Assembly: GCA_965203295.1 (NCBI GenBank)
Contig: CBDBCZ010000012.1
Location: 320,001-384,000 of the forward strand
DNA from: Nitrospirales bacterium
GTDB lineage: Bacteria; Nitrospirota; Nitrospiria; Nitrospirales; UBA8639
DNA length: 64,000 nucleotides
Direction of reading: 5' to 3'
The notes beneath the pieces were generated by a model that had not been told where the DNA came from, ran no database searches, and saw nothing but the letters and a program-made list of their open reading frames with translations. The number at the start of each line of letters is the position of its first letter. Positions within the stretch are counted from its first letter, which is position 1. Shown one piece after another: positions 25,070-38,817 of the stretch. The translations under genes were made by a program, and so were the position numbers.

Positions 25070-28000
25070 TCGTGAACCAGAAGTGGTGATGGGCTGAATA
25101 ATGGAAAGAGGGAGGGACTGCTGTCGGCTGCAGATGAAACTACACTGGAAGAAGTCAATGCTTGCAAAATGAGATCAAAATAGGAGAAGGTGAAGTGCTT
25201 ATGGATGCTAAACTTGGCATAGGGAAGGAATTACTGATGGCTTGAGATGAGAACTTCTCCGATGTTATTACAGCAGTGTGATGAACATCAGCTTTCGTGA
25301 AGTTCACAATAAAACATCTCACATGTGCCATGAATAGACAAAAATCATATATCCTTGTGGTCAAAAATGTCAGTACATCACTTTTCACAGACAGCTCTGT
25401 AGGCCTGCCAACAGCTGGTATATAGACCGAGGTAGATACGATTTAGGGTCTTGCCACCGTACCACCCTTATAAATTGAGCAATCCCATGAGTGAGCAAAT
25501 TCACTTCGGGCATGTCAAACAGGTACTTGAGGAATGCTCTCCAGCAACATTACAATTTTGTTACAGATGAAAACACTCAAAAATGACAAGTTTGGCTGAA
25601 ATATAGAGCAGACTTTTCAACACACCATTTTTTACATGTTACATGCAGCGTCCAAATTCTCTGTGGTATCCTTACAAATGGAATACTACCATACGTTTTG
25701 ATTACGTGCTTGCATAAAATCTGAACGACCACACGTCCAGATACATTATGTACAACTCACCAGGAAAGCAATTGATAGCTTGTATTTCAAAACAGCAATC
25801 TCTAAATCTATGGTCACAGTAACAGCCATTCTTTGATTCACAGGGTCACAGCATGTGGTGAAGCCTGCATTAACACGGGGACCTGTAGGAAAGTGATGGC
25901 TACAGTACAAATAGCTAGTAACTACATGTAGTATGTCCTTGTCTATTTATGAGTCAAGCTACCTATACTCTTGCACTAGCTCATGTATGGTTTCTTGTTG
26001 AGTTTGTATCAATGTGTCAGTTGTTGGTGTCAGGATATATTGGGTTGGAAAAATCAAAGTTTTTGTAGGTTGACCATCGAACCATTTTTTGGCACAGAAG
26101 TGACAGACTTCGACCTAGCAGCCCTGAATTTCAGGGGCATATGCTTGTGTACTCAGATGGATTTGCAATTTTATGTCTTTGCTATACCACATTTCAAGAG
26201 GGTTTCTACATTCTCAACATTTCTACTCAACAAAGATAGCTAAGTAGTAGTCTACTGTGTGTTTCATCAAGTGTTGTTCTGTGTGTATAAGGATAGAACA
26301 ATTAGATTGTGACTTTCAAGCAGCACTAGTACTGCCCTCACGTCCAGTGATACAAGTGCAATTGAAGCTTCCTTCAGTGTCTGAGCAGATTCCATTTATA
26401 TCACAGATATCAGTTCCTCTTACACATTCATTGATGTCTGTATGGAGTGAAATGCAGTAGAGAATACAGACTGATATAGCTTCATTAGAGCTTCATCAGA
26501 GGCACTGAAAACTGCTGCTGCAATCTTCTGAAATATGGATAGATACATTAGAAAATGTGCCCACCCCACTAATCAGTGCAATTATCATAATGGAGTTCAT
26601 TCTTATACAATTAGTGGCACTCCTTCACAGCCATGAATACAGCTCCTGCTGAAGCTACGTACATGTTACATCACAAGAGAGTGCATGGTTGAGTCCAGCT
26701 AGTTGACACTTTCAAGAAGCATAGTAAACATGATTAAGAATGACTTAAAGTAAGTCAAGGCATTGTTTGATATGTACTGTAGTGTCGAGCGATTGTAGAA
26801 CTCTACATAATGTAGTATCCCCACAGAACACTAATTTTGTTTTCTTGCAATCTGGGAGACAAAATATGCAAACAAAGTAGAGGTATTAGCTTTCCCGGAC
26901 ATTTATGTAGGGGTATTGAAGCCAGTTTGCTAAATACTTCCATATTGGTTTGTTTTACAGTTGTAACCATCTCCCTCATGACCACCAAAACAGATACAGC
27001 AATTATTTCCATCAGCGTCTCTATATAGATTCTGTGTGGTCATTGCAGCTGTCCAATGCACTCATACACCTATCTATATCGATTCGCTGTAAAGTTATGC
27101 AATTAGCTGGTTTTTAAAACCCCAGTAGTATATCACACACGTAATGGTGTAAGCATTTGACACAATCTTTGTAGACAGGAACAACAGATAGATAATGTAA
27201 GAGTTAAACAGGAAGCTAGTTTTTAGATATGTATGTATCATCATGCTCCTGAAATTTTTAATGTACGAATGTACATGGCAGCCTGTGGACATACCATTGC
27301 GAGTGAGTCCATCAGTGTCCAGAAGATAGCCAGGCAGGCAGGAGCAGAGGAAGCTACCAACAGAATTGCTGCAAAACTGAGTACACCCTCCATTACTGTC
27401 TACACATTCATGAATATCTGCAAGCAGATAAAGTAGCAGTTATAGGAAGAGCTTAACCTGTACTCTTGTGCAGAGTGAATGTACCACAGTATGGTTTCTT
27501 GTTGCTTGGGATACATACGTAGTAATCATTTCACTACCATTACATATATAAATATACGTACATATGATACGTACGTATACTTTAATGAAGAGAACATCTT
27601 TTGCCACACCAATTCATGAAAGAACACAACATACGTACCACACTGCTAGGTACTAATATATTAATCAATTAACACAAGTGCAGGTTTCCTGATCATGAGT
27701 AAAAGGACAATTTAAGGCAAACAGAACAAAAATAAAGTAAGGCAACCTCTCTTATTCAGGCATGTTAGAAGCCAATTTTACAATCACTGCACAGAATATA
27801 CTCAAGGAAATTTAATGAAGTATTTCAACTGGTGGTTACATTCTCATTCGAATCCATGCTGCATGGAAATAGAAAGACTAGCGGATTGATAAGCTTGCCT
27901 AAGACAGGAAACTTACTTATTTACAATGCCAGTCCAATCTACTGGTGTTCTTAACTGCTTTGCTTTTACATACAGTTATACGTATATATCAGCCTTGCTT

Positions 28001-28667
28001 TCTTCTTCAGTTGTCCATGCACACTTACTAATAACATCCTGTACGTAATATCAACATAATATACAGACATTATACGAACACTTTTGACCAAGAAATTTTA
28101 TCATATGTACATGTACCTCCAATTTCAATATTGATGCCATCCACTCGAAATATCCACATCCCTGGCACTGTGTAAAATATCCTCCGTATAAGAGCCTGGA
28201 ATTTCATCAAACTCTATTCCAATCCTAAATCCAACTGCAGCAAAATCATTCACATCGCTGAGTCCACTCCCTCCAGACCCTGAGCCACGACTTTGTGAAT
28301 CAGCCATTGCCCACTGCATTTTCATTGTGTCCACTCTATCAATTTAAGACAAGTTGTTTGTACCTTCATTTTGTTTAGTCCATACTAGCTATATAAAGTG
28401 ATTCACAATTCTTGTTTAGCTGCTGACTTTCGGAGCGTGTGTTGCTATTGTAGGAGCCGACACCATCCCAGGTAGCAATAAAGAGGGAAGCAGGAGAAAA
28501 GTCACTAATGCTCTCAAAGTACTGTGCAAATCCAGTCATGAGGGGAACATCATTGGTCTGTCTGTAGAACACGGTTCCAGTTCCCCTTGCATCCACATTC
28601 ACTAAGAATGGTGCAATGAAGATCTCTTCTGTAGCGAAATGTATCAGTGTGCTCCGTGTATCAACCG
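25070..28667 (-). pseudogene. NIDO + calcium-binding EGF + somatomedin-B-like extracellular protein, decayed
   Basis: NIDO motifs IAPFLVNVDARGTGTVFYRQT...FSPASLFIATWDGVG (~28428-28667) and ~28118-28340. cbEGF exon 27295-27417 DIHECVDSNGGCTQFCSNSVGSFLCSCLPGY...DGLTR (last C>R). cbEGF exon ~26315-26437 DINECVRGTDICDINGICSDTEGSFNCTCITG has TGA near the last Cys position. Frameshifted EGF ~26960-27070; GCYCD..DCC at ~25790-25830. Confidence 0.8.
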
Positions 28668-30039
28668 CTAAGATATACGACTGATAGTTTACAAGGAGGA
28701 ACTGCATATCTAGACCTCTTTTCCCTCGCAGCACGCACATTCACAATTTAACACGCATTACTTATGTACCTACTCAAATCCAATTCCCCCAAGCAATTGA
28801 AACAGCCTGAAAACAGCTTTTCTACTAATTTGACTTTTCCAAACCTGAACTAAAAACAGTAAAGGAGCTAGTGCTTGCTTCTTGATTGCTAAAAGTATTG
28901 TTCTGCCTTCTGCGATAATTTCATATACTTCATATTTGCAAGCTTACATCTAAGTATGTAGCTGTCTCAACTGTAAGTATCTAAGTATGTGCATGTGTAC
29001 ACGTGGTCGCTGTTGTGAAATCATTTAAGGTGTGCGGGATTTCCAATCACCTTGATGGACAACCAAGTGTGTAATGCTGGGTATATCACAAAACAAATAC
29101 AGAACAAGGTAGATGAGGCAGAAGATAAGACTTTGTGCTCAATTTGAGCTGGCAGTGCTCTACTAGCACCATGCATTACTAGTCTTGGTCCCTGATGAGT
29201 TGGTTTAGTCAGTGAAGATATGCACATAGACATTGTGTTTTTCTTAGCACAGGTGGGTAGTATTTTTCCTGGTGTCACACCTTAAGGTAGCCCATGCATT
29301 GCTAATGACTGGGTGTTACATGTGCACTCCTTATGATAGTACATGCTTGTACTTGCACATGATTGTGTAACACCTGGAAAAGTACCACCTAAGAAAACCA
29401 CAATGTCTGCAATAAAACTGCACACAATGTAATATACTTACTAAAAAACTAGAGGGGTGTTTACACTAAATACTTGAATTTTGTTGTGTAGGAGGTAGTG
29501 TATGTACAGAGATAGCACGGATGAATGCCTCAATAGTTGTATAATGTTCTATTTTATTTTCATGTTCATTGAACAATATATAAGCATAGCAATACTAGCT
29601 ACAAGGTGTACACACATTTAATGTTCTGCTAACTAAGCTGAAGGCATGCATAGCATAGCATTGCCACTTACTAATCACCTTTTATCAGGAAAATAAACCT
29701 TGTACTAATTAATAATGATGAAAGTGGGAACACTTGCTATCTAGGTACCTTTCTTATGATGTAATGGGGGTTGCAAAGTCACATTATTGTACGTATGTCA
29801 TGCAGTACGTTAATACACAGGCTAGCTACATGTACACGCACATACGTCTCTTGGAATAAATGTGCACGCTGCATCACTGAAGGGCTGTCTAACCTCCTAC
29901 CATAACATTATATGACTTCTTGTCCAGATCTATCTTGCAGCAGTTTTACCCAACTGATAACTGCAAGATGAATTGTCTGGGTTGTGCACAATGTTAGAAC
30001 GCCCTACAACGTAGGATAACTACATGTATGTATAATATT

Positions 30040-30430
30040 CTCATGTCGCTGCCGTAGCACTTATGCCATTGACCACACACCCACCTACACAGGCAGAGCT
30101 TGTAAGATTTCCAGTCAAAAGACAAGAGGAAGAGCAATCAGATGTTACAACATCACAAAATATCTTCTTAGTACCCAGATTAATAATACAACATCTTAGT
30201 AGTTTTAATAAAGCCTTAAAATCATACCTGTCCCAAATTTCACGCCCCAAAAACAAAGCCTGTTCTCTTAAAATTATTGAGTGTACTAAACTCTTCAGAA
30301 CCTCCCCCCCTCAAAACATTTTCAATAGTATCATACACAGAGCACTGCCAGAGCACATGTACTACACTTTCACATTCTTCTCCGCATAGCTTACACTGCC
30401 TATTATCATTTTTACCCTTATGTCCGCGGA
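30040..30430 (-). mobile_element. LINE 3' fragment
   Basis: RQCKLCGEECESVVHVLWQC and WDRYDFKALLKL match the 17263 ORF. Confidence 0.85.
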
Positions 30431-31239
30431 CTTTCCCTGAAACTGTACAATAATTAATCATAATGGTCCCTGAAACATAGTATAAGTAATTGACCATTAA
30501 TTATCCTACCTTTCAGGGCAGTCTAACATTGTATAGTGGAGGCAAAAAGACAAGAGAACATGTGCTGTTATGTTTATGTGCATGGAAACATAAAATGTGT
30601 CCCCTGTAGCTAACCTCCCAGTACTTGAACTTTTAACCTTGCTGGTATGATAAGCTACAACAGTCATAATACAAATAATATTCATGAGAATGTTCATACA
30701 GGGTCTAGCCAGAAAATTGGTTACCAGACTGAGCTTACACTAAATAGTAATACTGCGCCAAGGTCCTCACCCAATGGCTCTACTAGACATACACATGCAC
30801 AGTGAGGCCTCGCGCAGACACGTGGAAAGCTAAATCGAGAGGAATCACAAACCACTCCCACTTTGGAAGCTGCTACAACAACGTGACTACACTTTCAGGC
30901 CAATAATGGAGCTGAGGTCGAGCCCTCATCCGGGTGGGCTATAGTAGTAACATACTAGGCAATTAAATTGCAGAAATGAGGACTATAGTTACCATTTCTA
31001 GCGATTTGATTGGCTAGTACATTACTACTATAATCTGAGTGAGAAAGAGATCACAGTAACAGTCTGCTACAAACTGTACTATGCTAATCAACTTCAGTGA
31101 AGATAACAAGGAAAGAGACGGGAAAACTATAGGGTCCAATGCGTTTTAATAGGGACAGGGATAAGTGTTCCATTTAGTAATTAGCCCTAGTATTCTACCC
31201 CTTGTTTTGTGGCTTGAATGTACGTAGGATGATTTTTAA

Positions 31240-32208
31240 GGTAGGAAGAGCCTCACCTTCGAATCCGCGTGATTCTCCTCATGAATAATTAATGAGACGA
31301 CGTCACTCACGTGGCGCTAATTAGATTCATTGATATGTTTGCATTTTCCCATGGCGGCAACCGGAATCAACAGGAGGGGTGTGTCACTTTGATGTGGATA
31401 GCGGCTCTTTCATATGCGATATCGGCACTTTGATGTGGTTGAGCAGTACTCTGATGTTGGCTTTCAACACTTTTTTTTTTTTTAAAAAAAAAAGAAGATA
31501 TGACATCATAGAATTGTGAGTAGGCTTTTTATGTCAGAATGGCTAGCTAGTGTGTTGTAGAAAGTTTGTTAGGCTGCCCGAGTGGCTAGAAGTCAGCCAG
31601 ACAGACGGCTAGTGGCAGGTTGTTGCCCATCTCAGGTAGGCTACAATAGTCGCCTTTCGGGTCTGTAGGCCCCGCCCATTTTTTCTTAATTAGCTCGAAT
31701 AGCTAGTTGTGTGAAAATCTGTGGAGATTTATAGGGAGAGCTTTGGTGGGTGGTTCTCAGAAACCGAGGGGTGAATGAAAAATCGCATCCCTAATATTTC
31801 TGGGAGTACATGTAGGTTGAAGTTTGTAATGCAGGGCTCGAATTCGTCAGGTGAGAGTGGGCGGTTGCCGATTTTTTTTGAAAGTCAGGATAGCAAAAAT
31901 GAGGGTTTTTGGGGTGGTTGGATGCGTTCAGGGCTGTAAAACTGGCTTTGAAGCATTCCTGTGAAAAAGCATCCTTACGTTTGTAGCCTTTCCTCTGTAG
32001 GTACTGGTGTTGTTGCCAGACTGTGGGTGGGGCTTTAGCAGATTCTAAAATTTCTCGTATTTTAAAGCAACCCGAAATTGCGTTTTTGTAGATTATTTAG
32101 CAGGAGGTGTTGTTAGATGCAAAAATTTTGTCAATTCGAGGTAGACTTTCATGTTATCAACAAAGCTGTCCATTTGAATCATGGATTCCAGGTGAGGCTC
32201 TTCCTACC
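31240..32208. mobile_element. Non-autonomous Kolobok-type element
   Basis: TIR GGTAGGAAGAGCCTCACC / GGTGAGGCTCTTCCTACC with TTAA on both sides. Confidence 0.85.
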
Positions 32209-32920
32209 TTAAGTAGTACTCATTTGGATCCTGGAGCCCACCCACGTACAACCAGGTTCCCCCTTTTTAGCCGTGTTGCCAGGCAGTCAAAAAATACATG
32301 GCCTGAGAAACAGGCTATTTTCGCTCTCAGTGTCAAGCTAGGCATGCATTAATTAATATTAGGACTGGATTTGCATCTCATCGTGATGAACACAACATGA
32401 TCTAACCAGTCATAACATGGTAACACTGCAGCATTACAGAAGTCTTAGATTGCTTCATAGGGTGGAATGTACTATTAGCACACACACACTATGTAGCCCC
32501 GTTCCCAGTCTCCGCAAAAAAGCTGGGGGGTAGAGACTGGGAACGAGGCTACACACACATATAGAATGTACAGCAGTGCGTAGTATAGCGTCAATCCCAG
32601 ACCTCCCCAGGGTTTGGCGCTTGCAATAGAAAAACATGAATTCTTTCATTTGGGGAGTGAGCCCCCAATGTTGCAGTGCAAACATGACTTCCTACATTCA
32701 TTTGGGACACAAACAAGAAACAGGGATGAAGTTTAATTGCTAGAATAATCTAGACCACCATTGGCCCAGTATGGCTCTCAGCTCTTTATATGAGCAGTTA
32801 GCTTATGGTACTAGCCTTGTTGCAAGCATTCCCCCCCCTCCCCCCTGGCCAGACGCTCTGAGCGGATCGATGCAGTAATCATTTTATGGACAATAAAGTG
32901 TCAGCTCTTCTAATCTACTC

Positions 32921-34312
32921 TCTACAGTTCTCATTTTAGAAGCAATGGAGATGACACAAACAAGCCCTGGCAATTTATATCGTGTGCATGTTTGTCCCAT
33001 GCATTGTCCCATACTAATTAGCAGACTGTAGGCATCAGTGTAGTGTGCTGGACAAGTGTTGTCACTGCTGCTGAGTTACAAGTAGTAGCAACACAAAATT
33101 TTACACCATGTGTCAGTGTCACTGAGCATTTAGGAAGCATCCTAAAATGCTCAGTGACACTGAGAGAGATATATACTAGCCTCTATGATTGCATACGCTA
33201 CAGCAATTACATTCATTATGCTGTTTGCCGAATACCAGGACGCGTGTGGTCGGAGCCCTTGCAAGTGCACGTTGAAGTGCATGTTGCAAGATGCCTGTAC
33301 AAGTACATGTACGGCGAATAGGCCTAGGCAATGGCTGTGCGTAACCTTGTGATATTAATTTTGCATTCTTATCTTATTACGTAGTGTACTAGATACATTA
33401 TAGAGCATGCTCATACCTTGCTCCGTTTTCAGCGCATCGAAGACAAGGCTTCCTTTTAGCTGCCAGCATGCAATACGACTAGCCCCCCAGGGTGCAGTGT
33501 CAGAACAAAACCTGTAAATCATGGTGATATCTCGCGTGGAGGTCGACACCACGTGGTCTGGACTAGCTGGAGTTGTACTCGCAGCAGCAGCGTGGAGCAC
33601 GGATTAGTGGCATTCGCTAGCAATTTCCAAACCGTGGATCCGCACGTGGCACTTGATTTCTAGACCCCTCTCGGGGCCCCGCAGCTATGCATGGCTGTAG
33701 CGTACGGTGCCCCATCTCAAGTACCTCGGAACTCTAGGCTAGCTGCACCCCCCATGGCCCAGGTCTGCCATCACTGATCCGCATAAATACCTCTGCAGTA
33801 TACTATCAGACAACTTGCAAGTGCCACTAGATTGTTTACCAACCATTGGAACGGTAGAGGCATTTATAAAGGTCCCACACATTCCAAAGTTTCTTGGGTG
33901 TTGGCCTAAATTATAGGACCAGCTGAGCACGTATGAAGATGTGGGATAGGAGGGGACAAGAAGGTTCCATTTCTTGTAAGTAAGCTTATGTTGCACCCAT
34001 CGTTAAGGAATGCGTGAATTGGGTACCCACGGGCTTATGAGCGCCGGGGTTCATGTACCCAGGATGGTGAAATACTACCAAGGCCTGCACAAGAGCCAGA
34101 GTGGTACTCTCCACCCCTGGGTTAATTAGTTGTGTCCATCTTGTTTGTCAGCTCAAAATACTCTACAAGATTGGCTGGCTCATACAGCGCAAGCGAGTTC
34201 TCGAGTCTAAATTAATGACCTCGTAGATCTACCAAGGACAAGGACACAGGAATTTGGACGGTATGGCGGTGAGTGTAGTATTTCCGTAAAATTACGAACT
34301 CCTTATTAGTAG
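32921..34312 (+). repeat. 1.4-kb dispersed direct repeat, copy 2
   Basis: Aligns with 9517-10911; identical 81-aa ORF in the track. Confidence 0.95.
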
Positions 34313-34316
34313 GGAC

Positions 34317-35024
34317 TGTCACGTTTAATTTGGACCCCCTTCAAATTCGTTCCCCCCCGAATGAATTTTTCTGAAATATATGGACCCCCCCTGAAAACTT
34401 TGTTCCCCCCCGGCTTGCACGTGCAAGTTTGGATCGATTGTTTGCCGACTGTTTCACGAAGGCAAGTCAGTGCCTGCAGTAGGGCCGTCGGAAGCGGGGC
34501 GGCCTGAGCCACCCCACTTTTCATACCAATTTTTTTCGTAGGCGCTTGTACTTTCGCGGGGCACGGCACCACGCCCCACCCACGCACAGCGTGCGAGTGA
34601 GGCGCGGCCCGCGACACTATGAGCCGGCTGTACGCTTGATCTCGGCCTGTATGGAGTTTGCATGACCTTCTATATAGCGAGATCCTGCGAGAGCAGCTTC
34701 TTTACCGCTGAAAAATAAATCGCAAAATTTTTTCCGCGCTTTGCAGAGAAGGGTGCTGAAGGCTTGCCACTCTGAGCCAACTTCAGGTCACTTTGGAGTG
34801 ACTAAGACATACAAGAAAACGGCAGAGAGAGTCCATATTTCCAGAGAAAAAGTTCTGGGGGGTCCATATTCATTAAAAAATCGTTCCGGCACATGACTTG
34901 GAGGGGTCCAAATTTTTCAGAGGGGGTCCAAATTTTGCAGTGAAATAAGTTCCCGGAGGTCCATATTTTTCGAAAAATTCGTTCCGGGGGGAACCAATTT
35001 TGGGGGGTCCATTTTTACCGTGAC
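34317..35024. mobile_element. TGTCACG-TIR non-autonomous DNA transposon with GGACCCCC subterminal repeats
   Basis: gac-TGTCACGTTTAATTTGGACCCCC...GGGGGTCCATTTTTACCGTGACA-gac. Confidence 0.8.
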
Positions 35025-35596
35025 AGACCCGGACCGGGGTCCCCGAAATCTCTAGCGATATGGGGACCAAGGGGGCACAAAGCGCTGGCATATGGGGATC
35101 CTTTAGTGATTTTAGGCCCCCATTATTGTCTGCTCTGATCCCGGCTAATGCACTGTTATCTTCAATGAATAATATATTATAAAGACATGAAAAGCTCCAA
35201 GCAGGAAGGTATACATGTACTGTTGTGATGAATTCGTGCATGTTCAGCATGTTCTATATACGTAATAACTTAAATGAGCCTATATGCAAGTATATACAAC
35301 AGAACTAGCTACATGAAAGTAAAAGGCATCAGCTAGTCTATCTACAGTGCATTCAAAACCAAGCGTCAGGCAGTTGAGGTTTCTGTAGTCCCATACATCT
35401 ATTACAGCTCCAGGAGTTAGTGCAAGGTATTGTAGGGTTTGAAATTTGCATTCATACACATGTTCAGAATGTTCTAATAACGTTAATGAGAATACGTAGG
35501 ACACACCACAACTATATATATACATAAAAGTAAATGTCTAAATGTGCTCTACTAAGTAACTGAATGTTGCTTTTTGGACCTCACTAGGGTCTGTAG

Positions 35597-35678
35597 TAGT
35601 CTCGTGGGCCAGACTAACTTTTCGCCGCCTCCTTGGGAAAAGTAATGCGGCGAAAAGTTAGTCTGGCCCGCGAGACTA
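35597..35678. mobile_element. Academ(H)-type MITE
   Basis: TAGTCTCG...CGAGACTA hairpin with TSD GGTCTGTAG. Confidence 0.85.
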
Positions 35679-36402
35679 GGTCTGTAGCTACATCAGCTAA
35701 CGTTCCACTGTTCCATCACCAAGTATATATATATATATAAGCCTTATTAGACTCGAACATCAAGTTAATGGATAGTGTGCTAGATATGATCTTGAGATGG
35801 AGCCCACACAGTGCCAGGATTTATCTTCCCTGCATTGCTTAATATTTTGTCATTTTGTGCGATCTATAAACTGTACTGTGCATTACTTTGATCATTTCAT
35901 GAACCTATTTAGGTATTTCAGGGTACTGGATATACATGGATGTGTAAACATATTAATTCAGTTCAGAAACTTTAAGGTATGCTCATAAACCAGTTTCCAA
36001 AAATCAACACATTTAACATTCATTGTAAACTGAATCTTGAACCATATACGTATGCCTGTATTTTAGAGGTTTAGGGTTATTTGGGATTAGTGCCACACAC
36101 GGATTTATAAAATGCACACCACAATTTTATCAGTTAGTACCAATTCACAGACTAAGATGGTAGTTTCCAGTTCACAAGAAAATAAGGCTTCTTTTTTTTC
36201 TGTAGGTGTGGTGGATACTGTCCTATTAAGGATACATTATGGTACAACATTTGGAACTGCTACCAAACGATACCAGTACCACCAGATTGTGTGAGCATTT
36301 CTAAACAGTAGATAGGCAAATCTCACACCCAGATGTCCATATATAGAGGAGTGTTTGGTTGATTAAGGACTTCATTGTCACTAGTTACAGTGAAGTCCTC
36401 AA

Positions 36403-37365
36403 GGTAGGAAGAGCATCACCTTCGAATCTGCGTGATTCTCCTCGTGAAGAATTAATGAAATGACGTCACTCACGTGGCGCTAATTAAATTCATTGATATG
36501 TTTGCATTTTCCCATGGCGGCAACCGGAATCAACAGGAGGGGTGTGTCACTTTGATGTGGATAGTGGCTCTTTCATATGCGATATCGGCACTTTGATGTG
36601 GTTGAGCAGTACTCTGATGTTGGCTTTCAACACTTTTTTTTTTTTTTTAAAAAGAAGATATGACATCATAGAATTGTGAGTAGGCTTTTTATGTCAGAAT
36701 AGCTAGCTAGTGTGTTGTAGAAAGTTTGTTAGGCTGCCCGAGTGGCTAGAAGTCAGCCAGACAGACGGATAGTGGCAGGTTGTTGCCCATCTCAGGTAGG
36801 CTACAATAGTCGCCTTTCGGGTCTGTAGGCCCCGCCCATTTTTTCTTAATTAGTTCGAATAGCTACTAGTTGTGTGAAAATCTGTGGAGATTTATAAGGA
36901 GAGCTTTGGTGGGTGGTTCTCAGAAACCGAGGGGTGAATGAAAAATCGCATCCCTAATTTTTCTGGGAGTAGGTTGAAGTTTGTAATGCAGGGCTCGAAT
37001 TCGTCGGGTGAGAGTGGGCGGTTGCCGTTTTTTTTTTGAAAGTCAGGATAGCGAAAATGAGGGTTTTGGGGTGGTTGGATGCGTTCAGGGCTGTAAAACT
37101 GGCTTTGAAGCATTCCTGTGAAAAAGCATCCCTACGTTTGTAGCCTGTCCTCTGTAGGTACTGGTGTTGTTGCCAGACTGTGGGTGGGGCTCTAGCAGAT
37201 TCCAAAATTTCTCGTATTTTAAAGCAACTCGAAATTGTGTTTTTGTGGATTATTTAGCAGGAGGTGTGGTTAGATGCAAAATTTTTGTCAATTCGAGGTA
37301 GACTTTCATGTTATCAACAAAGCCGTCCATTTGAATCATGGATTCCAGGTGAGGCTCTTCCTACC
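36403..37365. mobile_element. Kolobok-type element, near-identical second copy
   Basis: Same TIRs and body; TCAA/TTAA flanks. Confidence 0.85.
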
Positions 37366-38817
37366 TTAATCAACCAGAAGGCTATAACAAGCCTTCTGGT
37401 TTGAAATTGAATCACCAACAAAACTGCATTCCCTGCAACGTTGCTATGATGTGTACTTAAATCCTCAATACCGTTGATCAGTTCGCTGATATAGCATGAC
37501 AAATAGCAATAGCTACCAACTCCGTGACAGCAAAGTGACAATGGAGACCTTCCTTTGTGCATGAGTGCATGAACAGCTGCCACCTCAGTACTAATTAACT
37601 AGACTTCTGCTATAGTAATAAGTTCAGTCTTATGTCTACCTTCTACAGTAACTACATACCTGTAGATAGCATTCAGAACTCTCTATCTTGCATGCATAGT
37701 TTTGGTTAGTGAGCATGTGCATGTAGCTAGAGGCCAAGAGAGCCTGTGCAGTATTGGTGGTATTGTAACTGGCCATTTAACTTCATGTACGTAAATACGT
37801 ATATCACAATGATACTGGCAAGTAGCCACAGAATTTTTAAAGGAATACACTATAGTAAGGACTACAATGATTGGTACTGTCATAGAGCTACGTATGTATG
37901 CATATAGAATAATAGCATAGCATGAACCATGATGTGATACTGTTACATTAGCATACGTATGCGTGCATGCATCATTAAAATTAATAAGGCTAAAAGCATG
38001 ATATAAACGGGTGGCTGTGGAGTTTACTTATGGAAATCACCATTAGTAGCTAAGCATTCAGTTCAATGGCTTGGAAAGTGGCTGTAAACGTGTTGAATAA
38101 AAATTGTTCAGCTTTACTACTATTAATGGACTGTACATGTAAACGTATTCTGCACTGAGCTTGAAATCTTGATAATAAGCCTTGAAATGGAAACTGGCTG
38201 GTACAAAAATAATCCAATTGACCATAATTAAAGGCGTTAAGTACCAGTTTTATAGAGGAGTGATAAGGAATCTTCATGAACTGATCCTCACTACAATTTA
38301 ATATGAAACTGAAATTAAAAAGCACCTACATGTATGAAAACACCTGACTGGTTAATCACTTGCTGATCATTCATAGGCTACAGTTTGCTTTGAGTGTCTC
38401 CTCTCATGAGGAGCAGTTTCACTTTTACATGTACATGTAGGTCAAAATATCTCCACATAAACACTCACAGAGGCCCTCATACATGTACGTAGGTAGACCC
38501 AAGCTACACATACATGTACATAGCAATTGTAAGGATGAAACCTGCAAACTGCTGCATTGTTCTCTTGAGACACTCAAAGCAAACTGTAGCCTATGAATGA
38601 GAATCACCAGCAAGTAATTAACAAGTCAGGTGCTTTTAATTTCAGTTAAATTTCAAACATGATTCAGAAGTATCATTATCACTCCTCTATAAAACTGGCA
38701 TTGTTTGAATGTGGGCTGTACAATCAAGCACATGCATGCAGCAATATTAGCTAGGAGGTTTCCATGTAGGCTATCAGTTATGACAAGAACTTTAATTAGA
38801 ACTGTAGGAATACTTAC

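Noticed and set aside
35910..36295. Exon-like blocks (e.g. CGGYCPIKDTLWYNIWNC)
   Set aside because: Splice signals are plausible, but the frame is ambiguous and I recognise no family.
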